Shown here: positions 17,628-24,995 of the stretch, one piece after another
Numbering within the stretch: the stretch's first letter is position 1
Layout: each line of letters starts with the position of its first letter
Virus record (IMG/VR): IMGVR_UViG_3300030095_001341
Location: 1-24,995 of that record
Origin: a virus
Lineage: Duplodnaviria > Caudoviricetes
Direction: 5' to 3' (one strand)
Length of the DNA stretch: 24,995 bases
Notes under the pieces: generated by a model
Seen by the model: the letters and a program-made list of their open reading frames with translations, nothing else
Told to the model about the DNA's origin: nothing
Database searches by the model: none
Made by a program: the position numbers and the translations under genes

Positions 17628-18613
17628 TATCCCATAAGCCCTTTATAAAGGCTCAGACCAGCTATGCCAGTTCCAAGCGCCTGCTGTATTGGATTATAAG
17701 CCTGAAATTTCTGTGACTCTGTAGATGGCGCTACAGGGACACCCCTAAGAATAGATGAGTAGAACTGTAGCTGTTCTCTTGGATAGTCTCTTTGGCGGAC
17801 AAAGTCTTCATAAGCTGTGTCAAGCCCGGCCTGCTCTCTAGCCATTTGAGCTTTGCCTATACCCTCAAGTAACTGAGCAGCCTCGACATCGCCAGCCCTA
17901 GCCGCCTTACCAAGCTCTGCCAGTTGAGCGGCTTGTTGACCGCCAAGCTCTGCCGCACCAAGCCCAAGTTTTTCTGCCGCCTGTCTCTCTGATGCCTGCG
18001 CCTGCTCAACACCAATTCTCGCAGCCCTGTCTCTCTCGAACTGACTTTGAGCCTGTTCAAATGCTTGTTGGGAGCCTGTGGCCTGTATGTTTGCGAGATT
18101 CCTAGCAAGTGCTTCCTGCGCCATTGCGTCTTGCACTGCTTGGCGCGAACCACCAAACGCTCCGGCTTGCACTGCGGTTGCGTCTCTGGCTGCTTGTTGT
18201 CTTTGATCCTCAAGTATTGCTTGCTGTTTCTGGACATCTACCACGCTTTGCATATATGGATCCATATACTTCTGAGCCATTGCAGAGTCGAACTCACCAG
18301 CAGCACCAAACTGAGTTGGCGTGAACTGACTGCCCTGCTGCGCTCTTGCTATATTTGCTGCTGTTGCCAGTTGAGCTGCTGGAAGACCCTGTATGCCCTG
18401 CCCAGCAGTTTGCCTGACCTGCGCCTCTGACGCAAGAACATCTGCACCCGGAGTTGCTATTCTTTGACCAGTAAATGGGCTATAAGCGGCCTTAGACTCA
18501 GCTTCCGTTCTGTCCAATAGACGTTCAAAGTCACCCTGCACATAGGCTGGCAAGTTTGATTGCTGAACTGTTTGTGTTGTCGGTTGTGGTGAACCGCCGC
18601 CGCCTTTACCCAT
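17627..18613 (-). CDS. Putative DNA ejection/pilot internal virion protein
   Basis: 328 aa, Q/A-rich, MGKGGGG N-terminus, YMDPY...V and AGAFGGSRQAV motifs, hydrophobic Gly-rich C-terminus. Confidence 0.7.
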   Translation of the reverse strand: MGKGGGGSPQPTTQTVQQSNLPAYVQGDFERLLDRTEAESKAAYSPFTGQRIATPGADVLASEAQVRQTAGQGIQGLPAAQLATAANIARAQQGSQFTPTQFGAAGEFDSAMAQKYMDPYMQSVVDVQKQQAILEDQRQQAARDATAVQAGAFGGSRQAVQDAMAQEALARNLANIQATGSQQAFEQAQSQFERDRAARIGVEQAQASERQAAEKLGLGAAELGGQQAAQLAELGKAARAGDVEAAQLLEGIGKAQMAREQAGLDTAYEDFVRQRDYPREQLQFYSSILRGVPVAPSTESQKFQAYNPIQQALGTGIAGLSLYKGLMG

Positions 18614-19025
18614 TTTCTAACTCCATCCTATAAGCAATATATTCTGGCTCCCACCCATACTTACCTAACCATCTCCCCCAAGCCTTACGACCATAACCCT
18701 CTAGGTGAGTGCATTTATTATCTTTGGCAAAACTCTCCATAGTTTTTTGAGCCATTGGAAGCCACTCACCCATCCTAGAGCCTCCAAGCCAATCCATAGC
18801 CATCGCCTTTTTTCCGGGATAATTAATAACCCTTGTAGTGATGGCCGCTACAACCTTTTCTTCTTCCATAATCACCCAAAGAACATATAGACCTGATTGT
18901 ATTCCATGATAAAGGTCATCTATGTGATATTTGCCTCCGGATGTTTCAACTGATTTTTGCATTACCCTGCTGACACCGTCCCAGACAACGCCAACAGCCT
19001 CCTTGGGAACTGCTGATATAATCAT
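18606..19025 (-). CDS. GNAT-fold acetyltransferase-like virion morphogenesis protein
   Basis: LW..AA..T...YP...LGG...FAK...C..LE.YGRKAW.R.L...GW pattern. Sits just before the ejection genes, as P22 gp14 and T7 gp13 do. Confidence 0.6.
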   Translation of the reverse strand: MIISAVPKEAVGVVWDGVSRVMQKSVETSGGKYHIDDLYHGIQSGLYVLWVIMEEEKVVAAITTRVINYPGKKAMAMDWLGGSRMGEWLPMAQKTMESFAKDNKCTHLEGYGRKAWGRWLGKYGWEPEYIAYRMELENG

Positions 19026-20080
19026 ACTGGTAGCATATCTCCTTGTGGCACTTGCTTAGGCTGCTCCTCTTTTCCAGTTCTGAGCTTTCTAACCCTGTCC
19101 ATCATTTCATAAAGAGCCTCAGAGCCAGCGTCAGTAGAACCGTTGCCAAGACCACTGACCACATCAGCAGGCACAATAAACTCACCATCTGAAAGAACAA
19201 CATCTTGATCACCTTCTAATGTTGCTGGGATCATGTCATCCATACCATCTCCGATGCCCGACACCATGCCCTCTTCAACCATAGCGTTTGCTTGGAACTC
19301 TCCACGCTGCACACGGTCTACAAGGTCTCTCAAGGCTTCTTCGCCATATCGAGCGACAAATGCGCCAAGGGCCACTTCTGGAGATGGTGACTTACCTTCG
19401 ATTGCATCTACAGCACCACTAATAAGCTCCTTATCATTCGGAACCATGCCACCCTCTTGATAATTTAGAGATGCTATACCGCCTGACTTCAGGCTTGTTA
19501 AAGATGAATCAAAGTACTCAAACTCTGGGTCAATTCCCGGCCTGTAATCTTTTCCGGGGTCTTTGGGATCATAAACCGCAGCCTCTGACTCAGGTCTCAT
19601 TTCACCTTTTGGCATAGCCATACCATCTAGCCCTTGAGGTGCCAGAAGGTTTGTAGAACCCAAGGCAGTCGTTCCTAAAGCTCCAAGAACCTTTGGATCT
19701 TTGAAAGTGCTACTCATGGGAGTAACACCGAATGATGTTGGAGTTCCGGCGGCAGTTGCTGCATCAAGACCTGCTGTTGCACCCATCCCTGCCTGAGCGG
19801 CCTGCCCAGTTTGCAGACCCGGTATTGGAACTTGATCAGCCGGAGCGACTCCCCCTGCGCCAACGGCAGCATCTGCACCACTACCCATCAAAGAACCAAG
19901 AGCCTTACCACCAAGATATGATGTGAGTCCTGTCTGGATGCCCTTGCCCAGATCTCCAGTCTCAAGATAAGAGCCAAGGCCTGAGCCAATAGCGCCAGCA
20001 CCTAAAGCACCCAGCCCCCCTAATAATCCAGCGCCACCTAGGGCAGAGCCGCCTAATCCTAATAATAGTGGTAACGCCAT
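19022..20080 (-). CDS. Gly-rich putative virion protein
   Basis: Glycine-zipper N-terminus and C-terminal GIGDGMDDMIPA...LSDGEFIVPADVVSGLGNGS motif. GGAG SD. Confidence 0.7.
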   Translation of the reverse strand: MALPLLLGLGGSALGGAGLLGGLGALGAGAIGSGLGSYLETGDLGKGIQTGLTSYLGGKALGSLMGSGADAAVGAGGVAPADQVPIPGLQTGQAAQAGMGATAGLDAATAAGTPTSFGVTPMSSTFKDPKVLGALGTTALGSTNLLAPQGLDGMAMPKGEMRPESEAAVYDPKDPGKDYRPGIDPEFEYFDSSLTSLKSGGIASLNYQEGGMVPNDKELISGAVDAIEGKSPSPEVALGAFVARYGEEALRDLVDRVQRGEFQANAMVEEGMVSGIGDGMDDMIPATLEGDQDVVLSDGEFIVPADVVSGLGNGSTDAGSEALYEMMDRVRKLRTGKEEQPKQVPQGDMLPV

Positions 20081-20089
20081 CTTATGCTC

Positions 20090-20500
20090 CTATATGGCTG
20101 CGTATTCTGATTTTGCGTCAAATGACGGACAGGCTTTTTCCGAAAAATCACAGTGACCGTATATCTCTGCGTCTTCGTATCTATCAAGAATGTCTGACAA
20201 TAGCTTTGCTAGTGTCTTTTTCTGCTCTTCCGTGCGTGTGTCTTTAGGATCTCCGTCAGAGTCAGCACCACCAACATAGCATACCCCGATGCTAGTAGAG
20301 TTATGCCCTCTGCAATGAGCGCCACTGATCTCTTCAGGACGACCAGCATGAAGCGAACCGTCCAGCTCAACCACCCAATGATATCCGATATCACTCCAGC
20401 CACGCTCTTCAGTGTGCCACCTCTTGATTTCAGCAGTCTTTACATCACGCCCCTCCGGGGTATCGGCGCAATGAACAATAACTTTTGTAATCTCCCTCAT
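20090..20500 (-). CDS. N-acetylmuramoyl-L-alanine amidase (T7 lysozyme-like endolysin)
   Basis: VIVHCADT, RGWSDIGYHW, GAHCRGHN.SIGVCYVGG, GH.DF..KACPSFD. Likely start is ATG 20500, just after the upstream stop. Confidence 0.93.
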   Translation of the reverse strand: MREITKVIVHCADTPEGRDVKTAEIKRWHTEERGWSDIGYHWVVELDGSLHAGRPEEISGAHCRGHNSTSIGVCYVGGADSDGDPKDTRTEEQKKTLAKLLSDILDRYEDAEIYGHCDFSEKACPSFDAKSEYAAI

Positions 20501-20501
20501 C

Positions 20502-21512
20502 TTACTCACCATACTCTTCTATTAAGTTGTTAATTGGTATCCACGTTCTTTGGTCTATTCTACCATCTTTTATTAGAATATCGTAGACCCCATATGACCA
20601 TCCTGTAAGACTATGTTTAGCATACTCTTCAACATGGCCCTGCGGCAAACTGCAACCCAAATTAATTACAGTAAGAAACTGCCCACCCATCTTTGGAAAT
20701 GCCTTGTCAAGTCTTTTGTGGGTATGACCAAACACCACATCGTGTAACGCATCTCTTGCTATTTGATTTTCACAGTGCATACCTCCGTATGCCTTGCCCA
20801 TTCCGTTTATTGGGGCGTGAGTAAAGCCCACATCCCCTATAAAATAAAACTCCTTATAAGGAGAATAAGTCCATCCGTAATCATCCATAGTGGCAAACAA
20901 TATCTTATCGAGCATGTCTACTATTTCTGGGTTCTTATTGGTATAAGACCATATTCTATCTTCGTGGTTTCCCAGAGTAACATGTCTGGGTATATCGTAT
21001 CCACCTAAACCTTTGTGAAAAGCCCTTATCGACTCTTGAAAACTTTGCATATCATCTTTAAATGACGGTTTTTTTTGTCCTTTTATAGTGTCATTTTTAT
21101 CAAAACTGTTTAGTGAGTCGCAGGTAGCAAAGTCGCCTATTTGTATTATTTGATCTACTTGATTTATTTTTGCGTAGTTTCCCATCGCAAAAAATCTATT
21201 TTTATCTGAAAGAGAAGGGCTGTCGTGACAGTCCCCTATCGCCAAAACTCTTTTGTTTTCGTTTGGTTTTGACTTTCTTTGTTGTATTCTAAATCTAGGC
21301 TGCAAAATAACGGTGGTTTGATCTACAACTTTAGCCGCTGTGGCTGCTTGCTCAGTCACAATCCCCATCTCCCTAGCTTTTCTTAGGCGCGAAGTAAATG
21401 TTGAATAATTTACTCTGGCCTGTTCAGCAGCCCTTTTTACATTTTTACCGTTTTCCATAAAAAAACGAGCTGTTTCTTCATATATTTTTCTAGGCAATGT
21501 TGGTTGGGCCAA
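20502..21512 (-). CDS. Calcineurin-like metallophosphoesterase with N-terminal HTH-like segment
   Basis: IGDCH, IGDFATCD, GNHEDR, FTH and FGHTH motifs. TTG start with GAGGA SD. Confidence 0.88.
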   Translation of the reverse strand: MAQPTLPRKIYEETARFFMENGKNVKRAAEQARVNYSTFTSRLRKAREMGIVTEQAATAAKVVDQTTVILQPRFRIQQRKSKPNENKRVLAIGDCHDSPSLSDKNRFFAMGNYAKINQVDQIIQIGDFATCDSLNSFDKNDTIKGQKKPSFKDDMQSFQESIRAFHKGLGGYDIPRHVTLGNHEDRIWSYTNKNPEIVDMLDKILFATMDDYGWTYSPYKEFYFIGDVGFTHAPINGMGKAYGGMHCENQIARDALHDVVFGHTHKRLDKAFPKMGGQFLTVINLGCSLPQGHVEEYAKHSLTGWSYGVYDILIKDGRIDQRTWIPINNLIEEYGE

Positions 21513-21525
21513 AGGACAATCCTCT

Positions 21526-21586
21526 TAAAAAGTTATCGGTAACTTTTTACTCGAAAGATTGTATCAGTTAAGTCTTTATTTTGTAA
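21526..21586 (-). promoter_or_regulatory. Internal extended -10 promoter plus downstream palindrome before the phosphoesterase gene
   Basis: Minus strand TTACAA, 17 nt, TACAAT (21563-21558) preceded by TGn. A perfect 10-bp inverted repeat TAAAAAGTTA-TCGG-TAACTTTTTA lies at 21526-21549. Confidence 0.55.
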
Positions 21587-21592
21587 GCCCTT

Positions 21593-21979
21593 TCACTTTT
21601 TTCCAAAGAATTTAGTCGCTGCTCGCGTACCAAAGCTGGCAGCTACGATTGTTCCCAATGTATATTGGTAGTATGTTGGCATGGTTTCCAATGCCGCAAA
21701 TCCATCAAACACTATTTGCCTGCCCCAATCACCACAGAATGATAGTATTAGAGGGATTGAGAAAATTATAGTAAGCCACTCATCTTTCCAGCTATGGGCA
21801 GAAGCATCAGCCATCTTCAAATCCCAGTCAATTTCGCCCGTTGCTTTTTTCTGCATAACCACAGCTTCAGCCTGAGCCTGAGCCACCCTAGATGCAGTCT
21901 CTGCTTTTTTTGTCTCAACCTTGCCTTCAAGCCAAGTTCCTAAAAGAGACCCTATTGGGCCTATAAAAGCCTGTATCAT
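21593..21979 (-). CDS. Putative holin (3TM/GTA holin-like)
   Basis: Amphipathic N-terminus, SWKDEW motif, two hydrophobic helices, ASFG.R...KF basic tail. Start revised to ATG 21979 (ATGA overlap). Upstream of the amidase. Confidence 0.7.
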   Translation of the reverse strand: MIQAFIGPIGSLLGTWLEGKVETKKAETASRVAQAQAEAVVMQKKATGEIDWDLKMADASAHSWKDEWLTIIFSIPLILSFCGDWGRQIVFDGFAALETMPTYYQYTLGTIVAASFGTRAATKFFGKK

Positions 21980-22179
21980 AGCTGTGTACCTTTTAATTTT
22001 ACGCATTTAAAACGCTTAGGCATCATCGTGCCTTTGTGTACCATTCCTATGTCGTTAGCCATTTCATAAGCTCTTTTTTGACATATTTCGTAGTTTTCAT
22101 ATGGGCCTCTTCTGTCGTGATACTCCCAACACACGTTAGGATTCGCAACAAGACACGCTAATACCACAGCCTTAAACAT
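21976..22179 (-). CDS. Small Cys-containing hypothetical protein (67 aa)
   Basis: MFKAVVLAC...C....D.RGPY....C..R...C. Start revised to ATG 22179 (TGATG coupling). Confidence 0.7.
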   Translation of the reverse strand: MFKAVVLACLVANPNVCWEYHDRRGPYENYEICQKRAYEMANDIGMVHKGTMMPKRFKCVKLKGTQL

Positions 22180-22274
22180 CACATACACAAGTCCTCGTAC
22201 TTTGTTGTGTGCTGCCTGTGTTCTGACATGTCACCAGTTTTACAACTTAAAAATCTAATTAACCAAGTAATCAT
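22179..22274 (-). CDS. 31-aa microprotein MITWLIRFLSCKTGDMSEHRQHTTKYEDLCM (below ORF track cutoff)
   Basis: Fills the gap exactly. ATG overlaps the upstream stop (ATGA) and its TGA overlaps the next ATG (TGATG). Confidence 0.7.
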   Translation of the reverse strand: MITWLIRFLSCKTGDMSEHRQHTTKYEDLCM

Positions 22275-22591
22275 TTTTTATTCATCCACGCTGTTGTTCC
22301 CATATACGCACCGACAATTCCCGCTCCACTAAGAAATATCAAATCGGTGACGGCACCTAAACCCTCTAGCTTTTCCGGTGAACACCAAGGTGATGCTAGA
22401 AATACAGCATAACACCCCATAAACAACAGGGTAAACCTCGCCATTCTTAACTGAGCTAGATTTTTTCTTAATTCAGTCTCTGTTTTTTTTATTTCCTTGA
22501 TGTGAGAAAGCTCCTCGTCTGTTACGATACCGTCCCCGTCTTCATCGTAATCATCATACGCAGAATCTGTTTGTAATTTTTTCTGAGTCAT
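22271..22591 (-). CDS. EF-hand-containing two-TM membrane protein
   Basis: DEDGDGIVTDEE canonical EF-hand loop followed by two hydrophobic segments. Confidence 0.75.
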   Translation of the reverse strand: MTQKKLQTDSAYDDYDEDGDGIVTDEELSHIKEIKKTETELRKNLAQLRMARFTLLFMGCYAVFLASPWCSPEKLEGLGAVTDLIFLSGAGIVGAYMGTTAWMNKK

Positions 22592-22609
22592 AAAGTTACC
22601 TATAACTTT
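22592..22609. promoter_or_regulatory. Copy of recurrent palindrome AAAGTTA-CCTA-TAACTTT
   Basis: Occupies the whole spacer between the stop at 22609 and the ATG at 22591. Confidence 0.55.
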
Positions 22610-22899
22610 TAAGATACAGAAACAGTAACAGTGCCTAACGAAGTGGTTGCTAATACTGTACCTGAGTGTATTTCGGTTTTGCCGACAATCTTTAGAAAGC
22701 CTCCATCAGCTATATATATGTCTCCTTGAGACAGAAGATTATTATTTCCGTCCGTTGGTATTTCCTGAAGGTTTAGCTGAGGGTTTTGTGCCTGCCTTAA
22801 AAATATTTCTAAGGCCCGCACCAAATCGCTAATGTATTTTTCATTTATTTCTTTAGGGGCTGTTGGCAGCCTTGGAAACGGTGTTACATTTGTAGCCAT
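22609..22899 (-). CDS. Small putative tail-associated protein
   Basis: 96 aa, TAATG-coupled to the 628-aa gene. PRLP.AP.E.....DLVR.LE motif and beta-rich C-terminus. Confidence 0.7.
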   Translation of the reverse strand: MATNVTPFPRLPTAPKEINEKYISDLVRALEIFLRQAQNPQLNLQEIPTDGNNNLLSQGDIYIADGGFLKIVGKTEIHSGTVLATTSLGTVTVSVS

Positions 22900-24785
22900 T
22901 ACCGCCTCCCGTCAGGCCGCACATCCACTCTAGGGCTTCCCAGCCTCCATCTAACGCCGAGCGTGTTGCAGTCTATCTTAATAGAGTAAGCCCTGCCCCT
23001 TAGCCTTACATCTGCCTTATTTGTGTATTGCTCAAAAGGAACGGTTGTGGATGTTGCTGTTCTGTCTATCTGACTAATCTCTGATTGCAAGAAGTTACCG
23101 CCGGGAAAGTTGTTTGCCTGCAACGTGACATTTACCTTTGGATCAGCGTTTGTTGAGCCGTTAAAGGTAAGGTCAGGTATTACCCTAGTTATAAAAGAAA
23201 ACTTGTCACCCTCTCCCATATCCATAGGGCTTGACTCAATAGAAGACACCATTACAGAGCCATCATCACTATATCCGCTCTCATGGTTAAATAGATAATT
23301 ACCTTCAGCGCCTATCGGGAAGTCCCTTATACCCTTGTCCAAAAATGCTGATCTACCAAGATTTCCATAGTACCAAGTGTTTTCAGCATAATTAAATATA
23401 ACGTATCTATTGTTTTCGCCTGTGCCGCCATTAGCAATGGCGTTCCCATCAGAACAGTAAAACCATACGATCTCACTAAACTGAGAGTTTACGGCAGCGT
23501 ACACTTTATCTGCCTGATCAAAGTCAAAATCAAAGAACACTCTTTCCTTGACAGAGCATGGAAGTTGTTTTGTCTTACCATCATAAACATAGAAGTTTTG
23601 CCTACCCATCCAATAAACAGAGTCCTCTACGGCTATTGCTGCGTTTGGCCCCATTATGGTGGTATTGGAGGCTATTGGCTGTATGCCAAATGTAAACGGC
23701 GCTCCAATAAACTGCATAGAATGCACAGAGCTATCAGTTATAATGATAATCTCTCTTTTGGTTTCTATGGCTTTTACAAACTTAGACCCGGAACCTATAC
23801 GAAGATCTCCGGCAGTGTTTGTTGATGTGGGATTCCAATCTAAAAATGACTCTTGATCGGAAAATCTTATAAGCAAAGGATCTTGATCCGTTCCACCCAA
23901 GGGATTAGCGCCAAAAGCTATGACATGCCTATCTACATCGGACACCATTACTTGTTTAGCTATGATTGGACACTCGTTGGCACCTGCTATTGATGATATT
24001 TCTACAGCCCTTGTTGTAAGTCCGTTAGTCTTGTCCCAATGATATATAGAGCTGTCTCTAGGATTTATAAGCAGATCCTCTCCAAAGTTGTCCTGACTCC
24101 AAACCCGAAGAGATGTTACCACGCTGATTGTTGTGCCTGATCCCCAAGTGCCTCTACCCCAAGTTCCAGCTCCCCATCCGTTTCCGCCAACACCTGTGTT
24201 TAGTCCGGCGTTTATCTGGTAAACGCCATCAACAGCAGCGCCGCCATTGCCGCTATCGCTTGCATTAGCTATTACGGTGGTGCCGCCTGTGTCTTTTGCT
24301 ATAAAGGTATAGGTGTTTACTGTTGGCACGGATGCTATTTCATACTCTTGGTTTAGAACCGCCGCCGTTACCAACCCGCCCAAACTAACGGCATCAGAAA
24401 AGGTAACAAAGTCACCTACAGATGCGCCGTGTCCGTTATCAGTCGCTGTAATTGTTGATGAACCATCTGTCGCAGAGAATGTTACACCGTTTGTTGTTGT
24501 TTTTCTAATTGGTGTAATATCGTAAAAAGCCTGACCCTGTTCTATATAGTATTTGGATTCTGTCCCCACACCCAATAAATCAGAACCATCTAAAGCAACC
24601 CAGTTAAATAAGCCTCTGGCTGTGCCTATATATGTATTTTGGGAATACTTTTCCCAGCCGCCTATCACCTCTGGATAGCCCTGCCTGAACCTGACTAAAT
24701 CACAGTCTACCCATCCGCCCTCATTAGAGTAAGATGTGATATCCCTGTTTATTCCGGGGGTAAATTGCAGTTTGCTTAAAGCCAC
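22899..24785 (-). CDS. Podovirus-type tail hub/DNA stabilisation protein (P22 gp10/T7 gp12 positional analogue)
   Basis: 628 aa, beta-rich. PGINRD.T.Y..EG.W.D...VRF, RFSDQE...W.P..TNTAG, YWMG, EIVWFY and C-terminal RLG.PR.D..PDGRR. GTG start. Confidence 0.7.
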   Translation of the reverse strand: MALSKLQFTPGINRDITSYSNEGGWVDCDLVRFRQGYPEVIGGWEKYSQNTYIGTARGLFNWVALDGSDLLGVGTESKYYIEQGQAFYDITPIRKTTTNGVTFSATDGSSTITATDNGHGASVGDFVTFSDAVSLGGLVTAAVLNQEYEIASVPTVNTYTFIAKDTGGTTVIANASDSGNGGAAVDGVYQINAGLNTGVGGNGWGAGTWGRGTWGSGTTISVVTSLRVWSQDNFGEDLLINPRDSSIYHWDKTNGLTTRAVEISSIAGANECPIIAKQVMVSDVDRHVIAFGANPLGGTDQDPLLIRFSDQESFLDWNPTSTNTAGDLRIGSGSKFVKAIETKREIIIITDSSVHSMQFIGAPFTFGIQPIASNTTIMGPNAAIAVEDSVYWMGRQNFYVYDGKTKQLPCSVKERVFFDFDFDQADKVYAAVNSQFSEIVWFYCSDGNAIANGGTGENNRYVIFNYAENTWYYGNLGRSAFLDKGIRDFPIGAEGNYLFNHESGYSDDGSVMVSSIESSPMDMGEGDKFSFITRVIPDLTFNGSTNADPKVNVTLQANNFPGGNFLQSEISQIDRTATSTTVPFEQYTNKADVRLRGRAYSIKIDCNTLGVRWRLGSPRVDVRPDGRR

Positions 24786-24796
24786 AGATATTCCCC

Positions 24797-24994
24797 TTAT
24801 ATTTCATCAGGCCAATCATTTATTTTTGCAACAGCGGTGACATTATCATCGCTATCTCTTGTGTCCTCAAATAAAGCCATAAAAGCCGCTAAATCTGATG
24901 CGCCATTCAAAGCCGTCTCTATCTCTCCGCATTTGGTACGGACGGCATCCCTGTATGTTGTCACTGAACTCGGTATGGCGGTGGACTTTTCTGC
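24797..24994 (-). CDS. C-terminal fragment of tail fibre assembly chaperone-like protein
   Basis: Manual translation AEKSTAIPSSVTTYRDAVRTKC...INDWPDEI*. The IP..YR..R...WP pattern is typical of such proteins. 5' end outside the window. Confidence 0.65.
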   Translation of the reverse strand, partial: AEKSTAIPSSVTTYRDAVRTKCGEIETALNGASDLAAFMALFEDTRDSDDNVTAVAKINDWPDEI

Positions 24995-24995
24995 T

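Overview
This window is a gene-dense segment of a tailed phage genome (probably a podovirus-like marine phage) using the standard genetic code. The left arm (1-6010) is a divergently transcribed replication/recombination region. Leftward are a RusA-like resolvase, a conserved hypothetical and a Twinkle/T7 gp4-like primase-helicase that the ORF track missed because it runs off the window edge. Rightward are a PD-(D/E)XK exonuclease, a Sak-like annealase, an SSB-like protein, a DUF968-like protein, several hypotheticals and an AlpA/Xis-like HTH. The right arm (6209-24995, minus strand) is a late operon: tail assembly-like fragment, 628-aa tail/stabilisation protein, small membrane proteins, holin, metallophosphoesterase, T7-lysozyme-like amidase, putative ejected core proteins with a GNAT-like gene, and a 3098-aa large polyvalent protein. 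Most notable: (1) the giant protein is a chain of enzyme-like modules separated by K-[YF]-S linkers downstream of an HExxH peptidase; (2) a palindrome AAAGTTA-N4-TAACTTT recurs at four gene junctions; (3) an SD-led internal start in the primase-helicase resembles T7 gp4B; (4) an origin-like AT repeat block; (5) a structured 200-nt convergent spacer; (6) repeated [MFYL]xxGG motifs in putative ejected proteins. Family names come from motif recognition by eye, not database searches.
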